From assembly GCA_965648935.1 (NCBI GenBank), contig CBFGIY010000031.1, forward strand, positions 1 to 26,479: DNA of 26,479 nucleotides. Reading direction: 5' to 3'. The position numbers and the translations under genes were made by a program. The first letter of the stretch is position 1; every line of letters starts with the position of its first letter. This document shows positions 1 through 4,986 of this stretch, in pieces. The notes beneath the pieces are model-generated. The model was given only the letters and a program-made list of their open reading frames with translations, was not told the origin of the DNA and did no database searches. This stretch comes from a candidate division WOR-3 bacterium. Lineage in GTDB: Bacteria > Hydrothermota > Tepidihabitantia > Tepidihabitantales > Tepidihabitantaceae.

Positions 1-57
1 GGCGGCATAGAGCTTGGGCAGGACGTACTTGCGGCAGGTATCAGCTTCTGTTCCCAA
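1..57 (-). CDS. hsdR: Type I restriction enzyme R subunit, N-terminus only (gene runs off the window edge)
   Basis: Manual translation of the minus strand from TTG at 57 gives MGTEADTCRKYVLPKLYAA, matching the 'xEADTCRKxVxPKLxxAGW' start typical of one group of HsdR proteins. Only 19 codons are visible and it is not in the ORF track. Confidence 0.75.
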   Translation of the reverse strand, partial: MGTEADTCRKYVLPKLYAA

Positions 58-64
58 TGCTGCC

Positions 65-93
65 AGAATAGGGCATCACGGATACTGCGTCAA
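65..93 (-). promoter_or_regulatory. Sigma70-like promoter for hsdR
   Basis: Minus strand TTGACG (93-88), 17-nt spacer, TATTCT (70-65), ending 7 nt before the TTG start. Confidence 0.5.
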
Positions 94-116
94 GCCGCGA
101 ACGGCGCGGGGCGGAG

Positions 117-136
117 CCTGTAAGATACCTTACAGG
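117..136. promoter_or_regulatory. Perfect 8-bp inverted repeat, candidate operator
   Basis: CCTGTAAG-ATAC-CTTACAGG, relatively AT-rich in a GC-rich background, about 24 nt upstream of the hsdR -35. Confidence 0.45.
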
Positions 137-382
137 ACGCCGGAGGCCGGTTTTTGAACCGAACTGCTGAATTGTCGAGGTGTTACGCCGCCGGCGATGA
201 AGCGGACTCCCCCACTCCCTGGGCCGCCCTGCTCTTGGCCCGGCATCACGCCTGTCGCGTCACGCAGTACACCGAATCAGGCCTGGTCTTCGGCCCGGCC
301 AGGGCCGCGGCCGAGGCTGAGGCTTCACCTTTGATTGCGGTCGGGGTTCCGCGCCGGGCCTGGCCCTGCGCCGCAGGGAGGT

Positions 383-500
383 CAGGTTTCAGGGATCAGG
401 GAACAGGGTTCAGGGTCAAACCTGCCGTGAGCGGTTGGCGGCAAGCCGGAAGCTGTTAGCTGTAAGCCGACGGCCGTGAGCCGCAAGCCGATGGCGTTGA
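383..500. repeat. Degenerate 7-bp tandem repeats (two blocks)
   Basis: caggttt/cagggat/cagggaa/cagggtt/cagggtc (383-417), then gccgtga/gcggttg/gcggcaa/gccggaa/gctgtta/gctgtaa/gccgacg/gccgtga/gccgcaa/gccgatg/gcgttga (424-500). Confidence 0.8.
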
Positions 501-529
501 CGTCGGTCGTCCTGCAGCTACACTGATGC

Positions 530-829
530 ATGGCTCCGAGGATAGCGGTCGACAAGGACCGAGTCGCCGAGTTCTGCCGCCGGCACCGCATCCGGCGGCT
601 TGCCCTGTTCGGCTCGGTCCTGCGCGAGGACTTCGGGCCCTCAAGCGACGTGGACGTGCTGGTCGAGTTTGAGCCGGGCGCGTTCATCGGCTACGGGATT
701 GTCGACATGGAGGACGAGTTGTCCGGGATTCTCGGCCGCAAGGTCGACCTCGTCACGTCCCGGGCGCTGAATCACCGCATCCGGCCGCGCGTCCTGGCCG
801 AGGCGCAGACGCAGTATGCCTCCGCCTGA
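530..829 (+). CDS. Minimal nucleotidyltransferase (MNT/MntA-type antitoxin)
   Basis: 99 aa; LFGSVLREDFGPSSDVDVLVEF contains the GSx10DxD motif; LGRKVDLVT; overlaps the downstream HEPN gene. Confidence 0.93.
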   Translation: MAPRIAVDKDRVAEFCRRHRIRRLALFGSVLREDFGPSSDVDVLVEFEPGAFIGYGIVDMEDELSGILGRKVDLVTSRALNHRIRPRVLAEAQTQYASA

Positions 830-1160
830 GCGGGACGCGGTCTACGTCGGGCACATGCTCGACCTTGCGCGCAAGGCGGCGCAGAGGGCGGCCGGCACTA
901 CGAAGGAAGACTATGACCGCGACGAGGACCTGCAGATGGTCCTGACGCATCTTGTCCAGACAATCGGCGAGTCGGCCCGCAGGGTGTCGCCTGCGTACCA
1001 GTCCGCGCACCCTGAAGTGCCGTGGCACCGCATCATCGGGATGCGCCACAAGATCGTGCATGATTACCTCGACGTGGACACCGACATCGTTTGGGATGTC
1101 GACGCGGTCGAGTTGCCGCACCTGGTCCCGGCGCTCGAGCGTCTCGTTCACAATTCCTGA
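816..1160 (+). CDS. HEPN/DUF86 RNase toxin (HepT-like)
   Basis: 114 aa; IGESARRVS...HPEVPW..IIGMRHKIVHDY carries the RxxxxH(x)Y catalytic motif. Confidence 0.93.
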   Translation: MPPPERDAVYVGHMLDLARKAAQRAAGTTKEDYDRDEDLQMVLTHLVQTIGESARRVSPAYQSAHPEVPWHRIIGMRHKIVHDYLDVDTDIVWDVDAVELPHLVPALERLVHNS

Positions 1161-1228
1161 CGGCCGGGCTTTGCCGCTCCTTCGGCCCGGCCGCGCCAAT
1201 GAGCGCAGGACCCCACCCAACCAAGTGA

Positions 1229-1343
1229 AATGCCCGATGCCCGATGCGAGGACGAATGCAGAACTCAGAAGGCAGAATGGTGAATGCAGAGTAGCGGGCG
1301 CGAGGTCAGAGGTGAGATATCAGAGACTAGATGTCAGACGTGT
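1229..1343. repeat. Degenerate 7-bp tandem repeats
   Basis: aatgccc/gatgccc/gatgcga; gaatgca/gaactca/gaaggca/gaatggt/gaatgca; gaggtca/gaggtga/gatatca/gagacta/gatgtca. Confidence 0.75.
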
Positions 1344-1375
1344 CCTGCGGTGAGCAGTACGCCGCCAGCCGGAAG

Positions 1376-1558
1376 CTACTTGTCCCAAGCGATGGGCGTT
1401 TGCGACCGGACGCGGCGTTCGGCCCGCGCTTCTTCCGTGCGGTCACGGAGCCGCGTGAGCCATTCCTCGACGCTCAGCCCGTCGCGGATGCGCTTCTCTT
1501 CCGCTTCCCTGCGGGTCTTGTGCAGCCAATCAATCCAGTCCAGTCCGTCAATCTTCAT
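1376..1558 (-). CDS. 60-aa charged helical protein, putative partner/antitoxin of the PIN gene
   Basis: MKIDGLDWIDWLHKTRREAEEKRIRDGLSVEEWLTRLRDRTEEARAERRVRSQTPIAWDK; the ATG at 1558 overlaps the PIN 3' end. Confidence 0.6.
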   Translation of the reverse strand: MKIDGLDWIDWLHKTRREAEEKRIRDGLSVEEWLTRLRDRTEEARAERRVRSQTPIAWDK

Positions 1559-2029
1559 AGAGCACCACCTGTTCCGGCGTCCGGATGCTGACCAGCGGGT
1601 AGCCTTCACGTAGGTTGACCGCGTTGAGCCGACGTTCAGCCCACTCGTTCGCCAGGTGCTTGAGGTTGAGCGAGACAACCACGTCGGCCCGGCCAACCGT
1701 AGCGTAGGCCGCGTGACGAGCGTCGAGAGCCTCGGTCGCCGGGATCACGCCTTCGGCGACACACAGCTCTGAGAGCCGCGTGACCTCGCCCTCGTCAGCC
1801 CGCAACAGGTCGAGGCGATCCAGCAATGACAGGAGGCTGGACCGAAGGGGCTCCGCCGTGGAACCAGTTCCGCTTCAGTCAGCGGCGAACTGACGGCATC
1901 CAGCGCCCCTAGCCCGACTTGATGGAACAGCGCGCGGACAGACTCGCGCCGCAGCGCATTGCGCGGTTCTTCGTCGGAGTAGAACCCGAAGACGGAGGTC
2001 TCGATGTAGAGCAGGGGCCGGTGCCTCAT
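1548..2029 (-). pseudogene. PIN-domain (VapC-like) ribonuclease, split by a frameshift
   Basis: N-half LLYIETSVFGFYSD..SSPLTEAEL (ORF 1745-2029) and C-half LDARHAAYATVGRADVVVSLNLKHLAN...IRTPEQV (ORF 1548-1826) lie in different frames. Adding 1 nt near 1863 gives a continuous ~160-aa PIN protein. Confidence 0.8.
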
Positions 2030-2046
2030 TGACTGAGCTTGCCCCG

Positions 2047-2625
2047 CTACCGCCCGGCGTCAATCTGCCGCGGCTGCGCCGGGAACGGCAGACGCATCTG
2101 TCCGGGCCGCCGATCGCCTTTCGACCCAGGCTCTTCCGGGCCGCCGCGCTTGACGCCCCAGTAGTGCAGGTAGGGGTTGAACAGGGCCATCCCGAGGCCG
2201 CCCGGCGGTTCCCAGCAGAGGATGCTGCCCACGTCCGGGTGCCGGACCGCCGTGAGGTTGTCGTGGAGCACGCCGTCGTCCCGCTTGTCGATGCGCCGGT
2301 ACTCCCGGACAAACCCGGCGCTGTCCCAACTGCCGAAGAACCGGGTGGCCCCGGACTGCCCGAACTCGTCGCCGAACACGGGATGGAAGAACCGCAGGTG
2401 ACGGCACGGCGTTATCTCGCCGATGGGGCGCGAGGAGTCACACAACTCGTCGGCGAACCCGGCGAGCCAAGTCTGGTGGCAGTACGGGCATCGGGCGCTG
2501 TGGAACTTCGCCGGCACGAGGTCGTACACCGGTGGCGGCAGGGGCCGGCCGCCGGTCGGGCCGTAGCCCATGAACCGCCTCGTCTTGCGCTTGACGTATG
2601 TCAGCTTGTACTCGAACTCGGTCAT
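2047..2625 (-). CDS. Hypothetical protein with a CxxC...CxH putative Zn site
   Basis: GGAGG RBS upstream of ATG 2625 (or TTG 2631); RCPYCH...PCRHLRF; aromatic-rich, protein-like composition; C-terminal QMRLPF. Confidence 0.7.
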   Translation of the reverse strand: MTEFEYKLTYVKRKTRRFMGYGPTGGRPLPPPVYDLVPAKFHSARCPYCHQTWLAGFADELCDSSRPIGEITPCRHLRFFHPVFGDEFGQSGATRFFGSWDSAGFVREYRRIDKRDDGVLHDNLTAVRHPDVGSILCWEPPGGLGMALFNPYLHYWGVKRGGPEEPGSKGDRRPGQMRLPFPAQPRQIDAGR

Positions 2626-2683
2626 CCGCAATGCACACCTCCCTGGAACGCTCATCTGCCTCCGCGGACAAGTCTCGAACCGG

Positions 2684-2709
2684 GCGGGGCGGGGAAGAGC
2701 CCGCCCCGC
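2684..2709. other. 10-bp GC stem-loop between the ARPP-1 and Zn-finger genes
   Basis: GCGGGGCGGG-GAAGAG-CCCGCCCCGC with no clear U tract; may be a stabiliser or weak terminator. Confidence 0.5.
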
Positions 2710-2730
2710 GTCACAGGAGGCCTTGCCTTG

Positions 2731-3729
2731 CTAGTTCATCTTGCGGGCGATGGCGACGTGGATGGCCGACTTGCCGATTTCCACGACCTCGCCGGTGTAG
2801 TCCTTGCTGTCGAGCTTGAGCAGGCGGTAGCCGTCGTTGTGCAGTTCGGTTTCGGTGTAGTCCTTGAGCAGGACGTCGCGCGTGGCCGCGACCGCGAACT
2901 CGGGGTTGAACTGGAACACGCCTTCCTTGGCGAACCGGGTCGCGAGCTCGGCCTCGGAGGCGAGCACCGCCTTGCGCGCCGTTCTCCAGGAGTCGGCGTG
3001 GTCGAAGAACTCGAGGTAGTCGCAGCCGTCGAGGCTGAGGAGCGACAGCCCGGTCTGGGTCGGGGCGGCCGGCATCTTGTCAAACAGCCGGTCCAGGGTC
3101 TCTTCGCTGGCCCGGACGTGGGACTCGAGGTCGTCGTGGGAGAACTTGTCGTACCGCCGGCTCGGGGCGCAGCGCGAGACCCCGGGTTCGACGACCGGAT
3201 AGATTTCGGCCGCCGAGTCCTCCAACCGGTCGTCCATCTGCCGGCGCACGAACTGGACGCTGTCCGCGGCCCGTTCCCACACATCTCCCTGCAGCGTACT
3301 GCTGCGCCGGTCCATCAGCCTTTCTTTGACGTTGCGCGTCGCTACGGTGCCGAACTGCCTGAACTGGGCACCGCGCGCGATGCCCCGGCTGGCATACCCG
3401 CAGCGCACTTCGAGGTTGAGCTTGACCCCGGGGAACAGCACCGAGGAGGTGACCACGACCCGGGTCTGGGTGCCGCCTGCGACCATCTCGCCTACGCGGA
3501 TGAACACCGGGGTGCCGCCCTTGTTGTCGAAAGTGACCGCGCTGATGTTGCCGGTGTCGTGCACCGCGACGTCTTTGGCGGCCTCGCTGAGCAGGCGATA
3601 GCCGCGGTCGGCCGCGACGTCGTGCAGTATCGGCATCACCGCGACGAGTGATTTGTCCGACACCCGCCACGGTTCGCCGAACCGCCAGCTCTTCTCCTGC
3701 CCGGCCACGGTCTTCAGTATCTCGGTCAT
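2731..3729 (-). CDS. ARPP-1 / DUF6569-like protein (332 aa)
   Basis: AAGGAGGAG RBS before ATG 3729; DTGNISAVTFDNKGGTPVFIRVGEMVAGGTQTRVVVTSSVLFPG...EVRC resembles the ARPP-1 N..P..GE..GG.Q.R..S...V.C signature; also SSTLQGDVW and YLEFFDH. Confidence 0.7.
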   Translation of the reverse strand: MTEILKTVAGQEKSWRFGEPWRVSDKSLVAVMPILHDVAADRGYRLLSEAAKDVAVHDTGNISAVTFDNKGGTPVFIRVGEMVAGGTQTRVVVTSSVLFPGVKLNLEVRCGYASRGIARGAQFRQFGTVATRNVKERLMDRRSSTLQGDVWERAADSVQFVRRQMDDRLEDSAAEIYPVVEPGVSRCAPSRRYDKFSHDDLESHVRASEETLDRLFDKMPAAPTQTGLSLLSLDGCDYLEFFDHADSWRTARKAVLASEAELATRFAKEGVFQFNPEFAVAATRDVLLKDYTETELHNDGYRLLKLDSKDYTGEVVEIGKSAIHVAIARKMN

Positions 3730-3760
3730 ACACACTCCTCCTTCTGGATTGGCAGGTCGG

Positions 3761-4747
3761 CTAGACCAGGTCCAACCCGGCGCTGTCCCGCTGGAGCAGG
3801 ATGCGCCCGAGCAGTTCGCCCAGCTCGCCGACCGGTATCGTCTCCACTGACCTTGCAGTCGTGCTGCCTTCGAGTTCGCCCGCGTTGGCCGCGGGCAGCA
3901 GCACCTGCCTGATTCCGGCGCTGCGGGCCGCGCGCAGCCTCTCGCGCGCCCGGTCCGCAAGCTCGATTCTTCCCTCCTCGCTCAAGGACCCGAACATCGC
4001 CAGGCCCGGCCGCACCGGCCGGCCGGTGAGCGCCGACACGAGCGCCGCGGCCACGGCCGCCGCCAGTGCCAGGCCCTGGTCCGGCAGGTCGGTCGCGTCC
4101 GACATCACGCCGAGGTCGAAGCTGGCCAGCCACTCACGCGACAGGCCGAGCGATTCGTGCACGCGGCGCAGGCAGCGGGTAGCGGCCCGCGTGCTCTCGG
4201 CCAGGAACAGGGGCGCGCCGCCCATCGGCACGACCCGGCCCTGACCGCGCGCCGCCACGATGCTGACCGGCACTGCCCGGCCCGACCGGCCGACCGCCGC
4301 GAGCCCGACCACCCGCCCGACCTCGGGCCGGTCCGAGGCAACCGGGACGCCCTCGTCGTCGAACAGGCTGTGCGCCGAGCATGGCGGCGGTGGCGCGCTG
4401 AGCGCGCGGACCGAGTGGCGGATGCGCCGCGGCACGGCTGTTGGCACGTCCGAGTCATCCATCCCGGGCTGCTGTGACCGATAGAACATCGGCTGACTCA
4501 GGTCCGATTCGTGCAGTACCGAGGGCAACCCGTCGCGCACGACCTGCGTGCCGAAGAATGTCGTGCCCGGCCCGGGCCGATTGGCCCTGACCCAGGCGTC
4601 CACCTCGCTCTTCTTGAGCATCCAGAGCCTGCCCACCCGATGAGCCGGCATTCCCCGGCCCTCAATCCACTTGTACACCGTGGTTGCGCGCACCCCGAGA
4701 TGCGCCGCGATTTCCTCGACCGACATCCAGCGTTCTTCGTCAGTCAT
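3761..4747 (-). CDS. Excisionase-type HTH (HTH_17) fused to an inactive Lon (S16) protease-like domain (328 aa)
   Basis: GGGAGG RBS and ATG 4747. N-terminal RWMSVEEIAAHLGVRATTVYKWIEGRGMPAHRVGRLWMLKKSEVDAWV; C-terminal GRVVGLA..AES..ALVSALTGRPVRPGLAMFGSLSEEGRI...AARSAGIRQVLLPAAN aligns with Lon_C. Confidence 0.85.
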   Translation of the reverse strand: MTDEERWMSVEEIAAHLGVRATTVYKWIEGRGMPAHRVGRLWMLKKSEVDAWVRANRPGPGTTFFGTQVVRDGLPSVLHESDLSQPMFYRSQQPGMDDSDVPTAVPRRIRHSVRALSAPPPPCSAHSLFDDEGVPVASDRPEVGRVVGLAAVGRSGRAVPVSIVAARGQGRVVPMGGAPLFLAESTRAATRCLRRVHESLGLSREWLASFDLGVMSDATDLPDQGLALAAAVAAALVSALTGRPVRPGLAMFGSLSEEGRIELADRARERLRAARSAGIRQVLLPAANAGELEGSTTARSVETIPVGELGELLGRILLQRDSAGLDLV

Positions 4748-4818
4748 CGGGTCCTCCCACCATTGACGCCGCCGCACCCCCAGTACGGCAGGCGATGGAG
4801 TGTGTTAGACATGCCTCC

Positions 4819-4846
4819 ATCATACCTATAGCACTACTGGCGTCAA
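4819..4846 (-). promoter_or_regulatory. Possible second sigma70 promoter (P2)
   Basis: TTGACG (4846-4841), 16-nt spacer, TATGAT (4824-4819). Confidence 0.45.
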
Positions 4847-4857
4847 CCATCGCTTTG

Positions 4858-4917
4858 TTAGACTCGCTTTGACTCGTTTAGATTCACTATAGCTCACTAT
4901 AGCATACTTTTGACCGC
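4858..4917. repeat. 10-bp-period degenerate direct repeats
   Basis: ttagactcgc/tttgactcgt/ttagattcac/tatagctcac/tatagcatac/ttttgaccgc. Confidence 0.7.
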
Positions 4918-4924
4918 CTGTCAA
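4896..4924 (-). promoter_or_regulatory. Near-consensus sigma70 promoter (P1) for the HTH-Lon gene run
   Basis: TTGACA (4924-4919), 17-nt spacer, TATAGT (4901-4896) with an extended -10 TG. Confidence 0.75.
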
Positions 4925-4938
4925 GCGGCTGAAAGAGG

Positions 4939-4964
4939 CCGGGGCGCGGTTGCCCGCGCCCCGG
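4939..4964 (-). terminator. Intrinsic terminator of the S8 peptidase gene
   Basis: 11-bp stem CCGGGGCGCGG/CCGCGCCCCGG with a 4-nt loop, followed by CCTCTTTC on the minus strand, about 22 nt after the stop codon. Confidence 0.7.
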
Positions 4965-4986
4965 TAAGTGACTGTGGGTTATAGGT

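Noticed and set aside
154..459. 101-aa plus-strand ORF upstream of MNT
   Set aside because: No RBS or motif, and it runs through the heptamer repeats; it cannot be supported.
383..500. Possible CRISPR array at the short repeats
   Set aside because: The units are contiguous 7-mers with no 25-40-nt repeats or unique spacers, and there are no cas genes.
2029..3651. 540-aa plus-strand ORF (likewise 5260-6849, 18514-20652, 23617-25254 and other long overlapping ORFs)
   Set aside because: These are antisense or off-frame shadows of well-supported genes in high-GC DNA, with no recognisable motifs.
4560..4747. HTH_17 as evidence of a prophage or ICE excision module
   Set aside because: No integrase, tRNA/att site or phage genes are in the window; the domain is fused to a Lon-like domain and fits a regulator better.
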